DNA from: Spirochaetia bacterium
GTDB lineage: Bacteria > Spirochaetota > Spirochaetia > SZUA-6 > Bin103
NCBI GenBank assembly: GCA_965208575.1
Contig: CBDBOV010000001.1
Span: 288,001 to 352,000, forward strand
Length of the DNA: 64,000 nt
Reading direction: 5' to 3'
How positions within the stretch are numbered: position 1 is the first letter of the stretch; every line of letters starts with the position of its first letter. Below, piece after piece: positions 55,245 through 64,000 of this stretch. The position numbers and the translations under genes are program-made. The notes beneath the pieces are model-generated. The model did no database searches and was not told the origin of the DNA. It worked only from the letters and a program-made list of their open reading frames with translations.

Positions 55245-56129
55245 TCAGGTCGTCGCGGCTTCCGAGAGGCTTGCCTTCCGTTGCTTGATCGCGTGGCTCT
55301 TGAACCCTTGCAGCGCTCCCATCACGGCCTTCTCCACGGGGATACGCTCGATGCTCGAAGCTCCGACGAATCCCTGGGCGTCGGTCTGCGCGTACAGCGC
55401 CGCGGTGTCCGCGGGTTCGGCAAAGGGTCCACCGTGCGCCAGGCAGATGGCGTCCGCGTCCACCGCCCAGGCCCCCTCCATGATCTCCTGGGCGCTGCTC
55501 AGAGCCTCGGTCATCGGACTGGCGGCGAAGCCGACCAGCCCGCCCGAGGTTCCGCCGACGTGGGCACATACCACGTCCACGCCCGCCTGCACCATCTCGG
55601 CCGCGTGCTCGGCCGAGTGGACATAGCACATGGTGAACAGGCCCCCCTCCCTGAACGTCCGTATCATCTCGACCTCGCGCGCGAAGCCCCAGGGTATGCC
55701 GAGGTTGCGCCCGGTCTGCCGGTTCTGTACCAGGGTGTGTGGGTTGAAGGTCTCGCCGTGTCCCTGGGTGGGAAAGTTGATGACCCCGTCGTAGCCCTGG
55801 TCCACGAATCGGCGACACAGCTCATCCAGATCGTAGACCGTCTGGTCGCACGCCTCCACGCCGGCAATGATCGGCGTGTCCCTCACCACGTTGCTGATCT
55901 CGTCGTACATGCTCAGCGTCTGTGGATTGGCGTGATCGATGTTGATCGTCTGCAGCCCGCGTATGCGGGACTGACCGGTGCTGTAGCAGATGATCAGATC
56001 AGCGCCGCCGAGCTCGGCCGCCCGCGCGATGAGGCCGGCGCTGCAGCCGGCCCCGATGATCGGCTTGCCGGTGGCGATCGTGTCCCGCAGCCGCGCGACG
56101 ATCTCGTTTCGTGCGAACCTCTTCTTCAT
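55245..56129 (-). CDS. TIM-barrel signal transduction / PEP-hydrolase family protein
   Basis: PIIGAG...AELGGADLII.YSTG, GVINFPT, HVGGTSGG, HGGP, GFVGASSIERIPVE. Confidence 0.9.
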   Translation of the reverse strand: MKKRFARNEIVARLRDTIATGKPIIGAGCSAGLIARAAELGGADLIICYSTGQSRIRGLQTINIDHANPQTLSMYDEISNVVRDTPIIAGVEACDQTVYDLDELCRRFVDQGYDGVINFPTQGHGETFNPHTLVQNRQTGRNLGIPWGFAREVEMIRTFREGGLFTMCYVHSAEHAAEMVQAGVDVVCAHVGGTSGGLVGFAASPMTEALSSAQEIMEGAWAVDADAICLAHGGPFAEPADTAALYAQTDAQGFVGASSIERIPVEKAVMGALQGFKSHAIKQRKASLSEAATT

Positions 56130-56160
56130 GTAATCAAATCCTTCGATTAAGTCTTTCGAA

Positions 56161-56850
56161 TCAGATTCTTCGTGATACCCAGTGGATTCCGCGTTGGAGG
56201 ACCTGCCGGAATCCGGGCTCCTGCCAGGTTTGGTTGTCGTGGCCAGACTGGAAACAGAACACACGGGCCTGCTTGTGCTCGCGGGTCCACCCGATCGTGC
56301 GCATACTCTTCGCGTGTGCGGTGGTAAGCAGGATCTCGCTCCCCTCTTGCGCATCCGCCATGGTGTAGGTCTCGTCGCCCATTTCCCACGACGCGATGCC
56401 CTCGGTAATCGGGTGCCGAGTGTCGGCAACGTCGATCCGCAGATGCTGATCGAAATGGGCCGCGAATGAGCGGTCCTCGATGCCGACCAGCTGGTTGAGT
56501 AGGGACCAGTCCGGATACGCGAGCAGGGCATGATGGAGAACCACGATGCCCTGTTGCGTGTCGCCCAGGTGCTCGATCGCCGCCCGCGGTTTTCTGGCAA
56601 AGAACCAGGGCTCTTCCGCGTCCTGAGGCTCCCCCCTTCCCGCATCGCCGACAGAATAGGGATGAACAAAAAAGTACAGCACCACCGCGTCGTAGGAGTC
56701 TCGCTCGGCTTGTGTTGCACAGGCGAAATCGTCCAGGTGCTGTATGTAGCAGTCGACGCCCTCCAGTCCTCTAAACAGGTGATGGAAATCCACCACACTG
56801 AAGCCGTGGGCTCCGGTGACTACCGCGGTCTTGATCGCGCCGCCGTTCAT
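56161..56850 (-). CDS. ThuA-like (class I glutamine amidotransferase fold) protein
   Basis: VTGAHGF, GIVVLHH, HPITEG, DETY, RVFCFQSGHD, RGIHW. Confidence 0.85.
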   Translation of the reverse strand: MNGGAIKTAVVTGAHGFSVVDFHHLFRGLEGVDCYIQHLDDFACATQAERDSYDAVVLYFFVHPYSVGDAGRGEPQDAEEPWFFARKPRAAIEHLGDTQQGIVVLHHALLAYPDWSLLNQLVGIEDRSFAAHFDQHLRIDVADTRHPITEGIASWEMGDETYTMADAQEGSEILLTTAHAKSMRTIGWTREHKQARVFCFQSGHDNQTWQEPGFRQVLQRGIHWVSRRI

Positions 56851-58856
56851 AGCGTACTTCCCACCACGTAGCCCTCGAGGATCGCGTCATGGATGCCGCG
56901 CGGTTGCTTGCCATCACCGATCAGATGCACGTCGGACAGCTCCTGCAGCAGAGACCTGTAGAGCGCATTGTCAGCCTGCATGCCGGCCGCCAACACCACC
57001 GTGTCACAGGCGAACGTGCGGGTGCCGGAGATACGATCAACGGCAATCAGCTCGCCGTCTCGCGCCTCCTGCACCATAGTGTCGGCGGCGATGTTGACCT
57101 TGCTATCGGCCAGCATATCCAGGAGCATCGATCGGTTGATGCCGACTGCATCGCTGGCAAGAGCAGATGCCTGCTCCAGGAGCGTCACCTCCTTCCCCTG
57201 CTGCGCCAACCACAGGGCCGCGTGGCATCCGGCGTGACCACCACCGATCACCGCGATGTGCTCCCCCGCCTTCGCGGGGTCCAGATAGAGCTCGCTGCAC
57301 GTGTGCGCCGGTGCCTGGCTGATGCCCGGGATTTCGGGAACCTGGTAGGTCGAGCCGGTCGCCACGATCACCACATCGGCATCCTCCTCTCTGAGTAGCT
57401 CAGCGGTCACCGCGGTGCCGAGCTTGATCTCGACCGCTGATTGGTCGAGTTGCCTCTTGTACCAATCCAACAGCCGCCTGATATCCAGGTTGAAATCCGG
57501 GACCGAGATCGCTATCAGGTGTCCGCCAAGATCTGCGGCTTGTTCATACAGCGTTACCGCGTGGCCCCGCGACCACGCCATCCTCGCCGCCTCCATGCCC
57601 GCGACCCCGCCACCGACGACGACGACTTTCCGCGGCCGAGCCGGGGGGCTCAGCGCCGGCGCTGCGGCTTTTGCTCTGCCGCAGGCCGGATTCACCGAAC
57701 AACTGAGGTGAGCACCCGCGAGCGGTCGGTGCAGACAGCCGTCATGACAGCCGATACATGGACGCACATCCTCGGTCCTGCCCTCGAACACCTTCTTGGG
57801 CCACTCGGGGTCGGCGAGCAGTGCTCTGCCCAGCACGATGATGTCCGCCTTGTCCTGATTCAGCACCTCCTCGGCCACTGCGGGCAGGCCCAACCTGCTG
57901 GCCGCGAGAATCGGGATGCGAACCGCCTCTTTTACCTGCTTGACCAGATCGGCGGTGAAACCATGCGCGAAATAGTTTGGTGGATGAGCGTAGTAGCTAC
58001 TATCGTAGCAGCCGGTATCGAGATCGAGGCCGTCGTAGCCAGCCTCTTCGAGCAGCCTGGCCATCTCGATCGACTCGGGGAGGTCGCGTCCCAGCTCGGT
58101 GTCTCCGTGCAGGGATGCTCGCCACGGCTCGGCGATGAAGTGTTTGACGCCGAACCGGTAGGTGACGGCCAGGTCGGGCGCTCTTTCTTTGATGGCGCCC
58201 AGTATTTCGATGGGAAACGTCAGCCGGCCTGGCAGGTCGCCGCCATATTTGTCGGTTCGATTGTTCCACAGCGCGGTAGCGAACTGATCGATCAGGTAGC
58301 CCTCGTGGCCGTGCACCTCGATGCCATCGAATCCCGCGCTGGCGACCAGCTCCGCCGCGCGGCCAAACGCCGCGACGATCTGCGCGACCTCGTCGGTTGC
58401 CAGGGCGCGGCAGGTCACATCCGGCACGAAATGGGCTTGATTGGCCGAGGCCGAAACTGGCGTGATGCCGGACTTGATTACGTTGCCCCCGGTTACGCGA
58501 CCCGGGCCGGCGCTCAGCTGAATAAAGACCTTCACCCCATACGCGTGAGCGTAGTCAGTCAGCTCGTGGTACTCCGGCAAGGACTTCTCGGTAAGCATGG
58601 GCCACACGAACAACCCGTTCGCCATGCACTGCTCGATCTGGTTTTCTACCTTGAAGACACCGGTAATGAGGTGGCCCACGCCGCCTTTGGCTATTTCCAC
58701 GTAGTAGTCGACACATCGCTGCGTTATCGTGCCGAAGGTGGGATCCATCTGATGGAAGTTGTTGATCGGGGCCAGGGCCACCCTGTTCTTGAGCCACACG
58801 TTGCCGATGGATATCGGCTCGAACATCTTGCGGCGTTCGCCCACCCGAGCGGTCAC
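56847..58856 (-). CDS. Old-yellow-enzyme family NADH:flavin oxidoreductase (2-enoate reductase-like, Fe-S)
   Basis: KNRVALAP, EVHGHEGYLIDQF, CIGCHDGC...CSVNP, VVGGGVAGMEAA; start 58856 or 58826. Confidence 0.92.
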   Translation of the reverse strand: MTARVGERRKMFEPISIGNVWLKNRVALAPINNFHQMDPTFGTITQRCVDYYVEIAKGGVGHLITGVFKVENQIEQCMANGLFVWPMLTEKSLPEYHELTDYAHAYGVKVFIQLSAGPGRVTGGNVIKSGITPVSASANQAHFVPDVTCRALATDEVAQIVAAFGRAAELVASAGFDGIEVHGHEGYLIDQFATALWNNRTDKYGGDLPGRLTFPIEILGAIKERAPDLAVTYRFGVKHFIAEPWRASLHGDTELGRDLPESIEMARLLEEAGYDGLDLDTGCYDSSYYAHPPNYFAHGFTADLVKQVKEAVRIPILAASRLGLPAVAEEVLNQDKADIIVLGRALLADPEWPKKVFEGRTEDVRPCIGCHDGCLHRPLAGAHLSCSVNPACGRAKAAAPALSPPARPRKVVVVGGGVAGMEAARMAWSRGHAVTLYEQAADLGGHLIAISVPDFNLDIRRLLDWYKRQLDQSAVEIKLGTAVTAELLREEDADVVIVATGSTYQVPEIPGISQAPAHTCSELYLDPAKAGEHIAVIGGGHAGCHAALWLAQQGKEVTLLEQASALASDAVGINRSMLLDMLADSKVNIAADTMVQEARDGELIAVDRISGTRTFACDTVVLAAGMQADNALYRSLLQELSDVHLIGDGKQPRGIHDAILEGYVVGSTL

Positions 58857-58857
58857 C

Positions 58858-59625
58858 TCAGTAGCCCCTGACCATCGTACCGCCGTCCACCATCAGATTC
58901 TCGCCGGTGATGAACGACGCGTCATCCGACACCAGGAAAAGGGCGGCTTTGGCAAGGTCCGCTACGTCACACGCACGGCCCATTGGCGTCTCCCGCGAGA
59001 CGAAATCGTTCCAGTTGTCAGCGTCGCCCTCCCGCCACTTCGCGTGCATCGGTGTCGCGCCGATGCACGGACTGACGGAGTTGCAGCGTATGCCATTGCC
59101 GACGTAGTCCATGGCGATAGCGCGGGTAAACGCTACGATCGCGCCCTTCGTGGCGCAGTACACAGCCACATTGCGATTACCGCGAAAAGCGCTGTCGGAC
59201 CCGGTGCTCAAGATGGCGCCACCCCCACTCGCGATCATCGCCGGTACGGCGTGTTTGGTACCCAGCACCGCACCTTTGAGGTTTACCGCGAGCAGCCTGT
59301 CGATGTCCTCCTCGGTGACCTCCTGGAGTTTCGCCGTCGGTCCGAGGATACCGGCGTTGTTGAACAGAATGTCCAACTTTCCGTAGACGCCCACCGCCTG
59401 CTTGACCATGTTCGCAGCGTCGCCCTCTTTGGTGACATCCGTCTTCACGAAGATGGCTGCGCCGCCGCCATCTTGTATGGCCTTTGCGACCTTCTCGCCA
59501 GCCTCGACGAGCACGTCAGCGATAACCACCTTGGCGCCCTCCTGCGCCCAGAGATAGGCGGTGGCCTCGCCAAACCCGCTGCTCGCTCCCGTCACGATAG
59601 CTACCTTGTCTTCTAGTTTGCCCAC
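58858..59625 (-). CDS. Short-chain dehydrogenase/reductase
   Basis: TGASSGFG, NNAG, YCATK, ITGENLMVDGG. Confidence 0.93.
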   Translation of the reverse strand: MGKLEDKVAIVTGASSGFGEATAYLWAQEGAKVVIADVLVEAGEKVAKAIQDGGGAAIFVKTDVTKEGDAANMVKQAVGVYGKLDILFNNAGILGPTAKLQEVTEEDIDRLLAVNLKGAVLGTKHAVPAMIASGGGAILSTGSDSAFRGNRNVAVYCATKGAIVAFTRAIAMDYVGNGIRCNSVSPCIGATPMHAKWREGDADNWNDFVSRETPMGRACDVADLAKAALFLVSDDASFITGENLMVDGGTMVRGY

Positions 59626-59761
59626 TTAGATCTTGGCTCCCCCCTCAGCGTAGCCTGTTTGGCACGAAGTTCTTGACAACGTCCGATCCGGTGCAGTCCG
59701 CAGCGCCGGTTGTGGCGACAGGGCCGTCCAGCGATGCCGTCGCGCCGACGGTGGAGCGACG

Positions 59762-60649
59762 CTATAAAGCACCGAGACGACCGCCACCGCCGCGCAGCCG
59801 CGGGTCGAGCAGATCCCGCAGCGCGTCGCCGAACATGTTGAGGCTGTAAACGGTAATCGTCAGCGCAAGACCGGGCCAGAGACCCAGCCACGGCGCCACC
59901 TCCATGTACCGACGCCCTTCCCGGCTGAGCAGACCTCCCCAGCTAGGGATCTGGGCTGGCAGACCGAATCCGAGGAAGCTCAGAGAAGCCTCAGAGATAA
60001 TAATTCCCCCGATGTTGATGCTGAATATGATGATTGCCACAGGCATGATATTGGGCAGGACATGTTGGCTAAATGTTCTCCATTTCGAACAGCCAATCGA
60101 CTCCGCCGCCTGGAAATAGTCATTCTCCTTTACTACGATAACGGCGCCTCTTACTGTTCTCGAGCCGACGATGCCTCCTGCTATCCCCAGCGTCACTATC
60201 ATCTGTGGTAAACCGCGTCCGACAATGGACATCACGGTCAACAATAGGAGGAGTCCCGGGAAGGCCATCCAGGCATCGACGAATCTCTGCACAGCCAGGT
60301 CAAATCTGCCACCAATGAATCCTGACGTGCCGCCTAGCAGGACAGCCACCACAACATTGATACTGGTCGCCGCCAGGCCGACAAGCAGCGAAATGCGAGC
60401 CCCATAGATAATACGGCTCAGGAAGTCTCGCCCCAAATGGTCGGTACCGAGCAGATACCGGGCTGATGAGCCCTGTAGCGTGTCTGCCGGGTGCACTTCC
60501 GAATACCCATAAGGGGCCAGAACATCGGCAAAGACAGCCACTAGAATCAATATCAATACAAAAACACCACATGCAGTACCGAGTGGCTTCTCTCTAATCA
60601 GCCTGATGAGGACATCAATCGACAGGGAGCGTCTCCTTGGACCGGCCAC
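59762..60649 (-). CDS. ABC permease, DppC-like
   Basis: LGTDHLGRD, EASLSFLGFG, GDALRDLLDPR. Confidence 0.93.
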   Translation of the reverse strand: MAGPRRRSLSIDVLIRLIREKPLGTACGVFVLILILVAVFADVLAPYGYSEVHPADTLQGSSARYLLGTDHLGRDFLSRIIYGARISLLVGLAATSINVVVAVLLGGTSGFIGGRFDLAVQRFVDAWMAFPGLLLLLTVMSIVGRGLPQMIVTLGIAGGIVGSRTVRGAVIVVKENDYFQAAESIGCSKWRTFSQHVLPNIMPVAIIIFSINIGGIIISEASLSFLGFGLPAQIPSWGGLLSREGRRYMEVAPWLGLWPGLALTITVYSLNMFGDALRDLLDPRLRGGGGRLGAL

Positions 60650-60650
60650 T

Positions 60651-61607
60651 CTATGTATAGCGGACCCTTGGATCCAAAAAGGGATAAAGCAGGTCGATCA
60701 AGAGATTGATCCCTAACACCCCCGTGGCGAAAACCAGGTTCACTCCGGAGACCATTGGGTAGTCTCTACTATCGAGTCCTTCCAGCAGTAGACGACCCAG
60801 GCCCGGTAGGTTGAATATGTTCTCCATGATAACGGAACCGCCTACCAGGATAGGCAACTGCATACCTATCAGGGTAACTACCGGAATGACGGCGTTCTTG
60901 ACGGCGTGTCTGACGATGACGACCTTCTCCCGCAGACCCTTGGACCAGGCTGTCCGGATATAGTCCTGTCTGAGCACCTCCAGCATCATGGTGCGCGTCA
61001 TCCGCATGGTGGCTGCAGACATGCCCGTCCCCAGAATCAGGCTCGGAATGAGGAACATTCCAAGGTTACCCAGTGGGTCGTCGGCAAATCTGATCAGCTG
61101 CATCGGTGGCGCCCAGCCCCACCAGAGTGCCGGGTAGATCATGACCATAATTGCCAGCCAGAAGTTAGGCGTCGCCAGGCCGATGACGGCCGCCGTGCGC
61201 CCAGCGTAGTCGGCGACCGTATCCTGTCGAACGGCCGAGTAGATGCCTATCGGCAGCGCTATCAGTATCCCGATGACGAGCGCCATGACACCGAGCTCGA
61301 TGGTTACCGGTAGTCTAGCAAGAATCTCTTCCTCTACCGATGAACCGCCCAGCAGTGGGGTGCCGAGGGTGCCATGCAGGAGAATACCGCCCATCCACCG
61401 CCCGTACTGCACATAGACAGGCACGTCTAAACCCAGCATCTCCTCAATAGCTTCACGGTCCAACTGGGCATTCAAATAGTCGAGTTGGGATTGCATTATG
61501 TCTATGACATCGCCAGGGATGAAGCGGACCGAGAGAAAGACCAGGACGGTCACTATGAACAGGGTGGGGATGATCAGCAATATCCGCCTGATGATATAGC
61601 CCCTCAT
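60651..61607 (-). CDS. ABC permease, DppB-like
   Basis: MRGYIIRR, RLPVTIEL, QDYIRTAWSKGL, DPRVRY. Confidence 0.93.
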   Translation of the reverse strand: MRGYIIRRILLIIPTLFIVTVLVFLSVRFIPGDVIDIMQSQLDYLNAQLDREAIEEMLGLDVPVYVQYGRWMGGILLHGTLGTPLLGGSSVEEEILARLPVTIELGVMALVIGILIALPIGIYSAVRQDTVADYAGRTAAVIGLATPNFWLAIMVMIYPALWWGWAPPMQLIRFADDPLGNLGMFLIPSLILGTGMSAATMRMTRTMMLEVLRQDYIRTAWSKGLREKVVIVRHAVKNAVIPVVTLIGMQLPILVGGSVIMENIFNLPGLGRLLLEGLDSRDYPMVSGVNLVFATGVLGINLLIDLLYPFLDPRVRYT

Positions 61608-61682
61608 CGACCCACCCAATACTCAATACTCAATTGAGAAAGGGAGCCGGAAGACTCGAGCTACCAGCTCCGTGTTCTCCTC

Positions 61683-63500
61683 TTAATGACCCATTGCTTC
61701 CTTCAGCTGACTGTCGATCCAGAGGTATTGGAAGAGAGTATTATTTGCACCTCCTCCCATGATGCCTTCGCCGGCGTAGCCCATCACCCACGGCTGGACC
61801 ACGTTATACACCGGGGCATCCGGACCCCAGAGAGTCCAATGCTGCTCTATGTAGTTCTTGTCCATCTCGCGACTCAGCCTTTCCACCTCTTCGACAGTGA
61901 CAGCCTCTAGGAGGTCTTCATGCAGGGCATCATGGCGAGCGTCGGTAGTCGACATCTGCCAACCACTGGTGTCCCCGGACGTATGCTGCCACCATTGATC
62001 CGACGGATCAGCCTTGACGCCTGCGGTATCGTTAACCATGTCAAAATTCAAGGCACCTCTTCTAGCCATGAATTCTGCCGAGGAAGGTGTCTCGATACTG
62101 ACATCTATGCCAATCTCAGCCCAGTACGCAGCCATGAATTCCGGCCAGCCCACATCCCACCGGGGGAAGTGCGTGAACGTGGTCTTGAATCGGATACCGT
62201 CAGCGCCGCGCGGATACCCGGCCTCATCGAGGAGCTTCTCGGCCCCTGCCGGGTCGTAGGTATAGTATCCCTTGAGCTCCGCGGACCACTCTTCGTATGG
62301 GTAGATATAAGATGAGAATGTCCGGCCTATCCTTCCCCGTGGTAACGTATCTGCAAATCCCTTGAAGAAAGAGCTGTTCATGGTCTCGAAGTCTAGTGCC
62401 ATCTGCATGGCATGGCGCACCCGGACGTCGTCAAACGGCGGCTTTTGAACGTTCATATGAACGGCGGTGCCCTCGGAGCGCTGTGACCACGCGAACTGCT
62501 GGAGTTCGGGGTTGGTCCGCTGCAGGCTCAAATGATCGTTGATACTGAATAGTTGAGTCGAGCCGGGGTGACCGATATAGTCGATGGCACCCGAGCGCAG
62601 TCCCGCCAGACGTGTTTCAAACTCTACGATAATGAGACCCTTTACCTCGTCAACATATGGCAAGCGGTTCTCAGGCCATTTTGGGTCGAACCCCCAGTAG
62701 TTTGGATTCTTGGTGTAGGTAAAAGAACTGCCACTAACCCAGTCAGTCAGCTCGAAGGGACCGGTGCCAACCAGGTTCCTCCAATCGGCAGCGTCACCGT
62801 GTTCCTCGATTACCTCGGGGGGGTAAATAATCGCGGCTTGGTTATCCATGATTTGGCTCAAGGCAGTGAGACTTGGCTTCTTCATCTTTATGACAAGCGT
62901 TTGATCGTCGGTGGCCTCTATGGATTCCCAAGGCAAATCTCCGAAGGAACCTATCTGGAGGGCTTGGGGTTCGGTAAAGCCGCTGCCCAAACCCAATTGA
63001 CGGTGAAAGTTATATGCTACGTCCTGCGCAGTAAGTTCCCGCCCATTCATCGGCGCCTTATCATGCCAGTGAACGCCCTGGCGGATATTGAACACATAAG
63101 TGTTGGCGTCGGGCGTTTCCCAGCTTGCCGCCAGCGCCCCCCGCAGGGCGGATACAGGCGTCCTGAAGCCGCCGTTAAAAGGATATGCGTCCCTATCCAG
63201 TGCCCAGTCCATCATGCCCAGTTTCTCATTAACGAGACTGCCGATGAGCCCCGACGCCCGATTATTCTGAGCGGTGTCAACATTTTGGGTGGCAAACATG
63301 GCGCCAGCTCTGGCAAAGGTTATGGTCCCGCCCCACTCATGCTCAGTATGCACGTTGCCGGTGACGGGGTCGGTCACGTACCTCTTGTCGGCGGCGGCTG
63401 CCGTCGAGCCCTCGTCTGCGCCAGTGGCCCAGAGGCCGGTGGCGGTCAGGGCGAGTCCAATCAGGATCGCGAGGCACGTCTTAGGAAATGTCTGTCTCAT
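61683..63500 (-). CDS. ABC transporter substrate-binding protein, family 5
   Basis: AAGGAGG RBS, signal peptide (LWATGADE), LAASWE, VGTGPF, PFDDVRVR, YDPAGAEKLLDEAGYP. Confidence 0.93.
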   Translation of the reverse strand: MRQTFPKTCLAILIGLALTATGLWATGADEGSTAAAADKRYVTDPVTGNVHTEHEWGGTITFARAGAMFATQNVDTAQNNRASGLIGSLVNEKLGMMDWALDRDAYPFNGGFRTPVSALRGALAASWETPDANTYVFNIRQGVHWHDKAPMNGRELTAQDVAYNFHRQLGLGSGFTEPQALQIGSFGDLPWESIEATDDQTLVIKMKKPSLTALSQIMDNQAAIIYPPEVIEEHGDAADWRNLVGTGPFELTDWVSGSSFTYTKNPNYWGFDPKWPENRLPYVDEVKGLIIVEFETRLAGLRSGAIDYIGHPGSTQLFSINDHLSLQRTNPELQQFAWSQRSEGTAVHMNVQKPPFDDVRVRHAMQMALDFETMNSSFFKGFADTLPRGRIGRTFSSYIYPYEEWSAELKGYYTYDPAGAEKLLDEAGYPRGADGIRFKTTFTHFPRWDVGWPEFMAAYWAEIGIDVSIETPSSAEFMARRGALNFDMVNDTAGVKADPSDQWWQHTSGDTSGWQMSTTDARHDALHEDLLEAVTVEEVERLSREMDKNYIEQHWTLWGPDAPVYNVVQPWVMGYAGEGIMGGGANNTLFQYLWIDSQLKEAMGH

Positions 63501-63525
63501 GGAGATAGACCTCCTTCATCGGTTT

Positions 63526-63584
63526 TGAGAGTGCTGTTTCCACTGCCGGGCCCCTCGCTACTCTCGCGAGCGAGAGCACTCTCA
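63526..63584 (-). promoter_or_regulatory. Structured 5' leader hairpin upstream of the SBP gene
   Basis: Perfect 10-bp inverted repeat TGAGAGTGCT (63526-63535) / AGCACTCTCA (63575-63584), with inner CTCGCT/AGCGAG pairing. Confidence 0.5.
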
Positions 63585-64000
63585 TCGAGCGAGGGCGGCA
63601 CCCGGTTTCCCGCGTCAGTCGCCGCGACGCCCCGCGGGCTGCTGGTCGGCGAAGTAGCGAGACTCCCCGCTTCATAGCCAGTTATCCGGTATAGTGGTGC
63701 TGCGTCGTGGATTCGAGAATGAGACGAACCGACCAAAACCTATCTGGAACCGACATCGGGCATGGAACTCGCGAGGAGAAGCTGGTCCGGGTTGACACGC
63801 GCGACCAGCGGCCGCAGTTCCAGGGGGCGCCGGTGTGTGCCTCTCTCGCCCGACACCACATCGTTCACCTGGGTGTGGCTCGCCAGCAGGGACCGTGGGA
63901 GGTCGTCCGCACCAAGCTCGGGGGGAGCTTTTTCCAGGCGACGTTAGACGGCGAGGGGCAGGTGGTTGTCGACGGACGTTGGCAGCCGTGTCGCAGCGGG

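Noticed and set aside
63590-63625. GGGAAACCGGGTG (minus strand) as a cobalamin riboswitch
   Set aside because: The downstream conserved B12-element segments are absent.
63940-63990. GTTAGAC / GTTGGCA motifs resembling attC right ends
   Set aside because: No matching RYYYAAC inverse core at a suitable distance.

Overview
A 64-kb high-GC bacterial window. The signal-peptide style of the solute-binding proteins and the many PhyH dioxygenases, Uma2 nucleases, a sulfatase and an ASPIC/UnbV protein suggest a host-associated, possibly sponge-type Spirochaetota genome (inference only). From left to right: (1) a partial IS5/IS1182-like transposase whose end region appears to truncate a secreted trypsin-like protease; (2) a regulatory array of two TetR genes and three soluble (GAF)-PAS-HisKA-HATPase-REC-wHTH fusion proteins, one with a degenerate ATP-binding domain (apparent pseudokinase), plus nearby 11-bp direct-repeat boxes; (3) housekeeping genes (clpA, clpS, radical SAM, purN, valS); (4) a 3.8-kb rve/ISNCY-like element with doubled terminal repeats that encloses a broken second transposase flanked by a ~100-nt hairpin-rich repeat; (5) catabolic and accessory genes (three PhyH, VOC, sulfatase, amidohydrolase, Xdh large subunit, two repeat-tailed Uma2 proteins, a LolD/FtsX-type ABC operon); (6) a VapB45/VapC45-like toxin-antitoxin pair whose toxin appears to need an ATT start; (7) two family-5 ABC importer operons lacking ATPase genes and sharing a leader motif; (8) a lower-GC AAA_21 ATPase plus DUF4276/TOPRIM-like pair (candidate defence module); (9) an SDR, enoate reductase, ThuA, TIM-barrel, UPF0261 (Tm-1-like) operon. 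No rRNA, tRNA or CRISPR array was recognised. All family assignments come from motif recognition by eye, not database searches.
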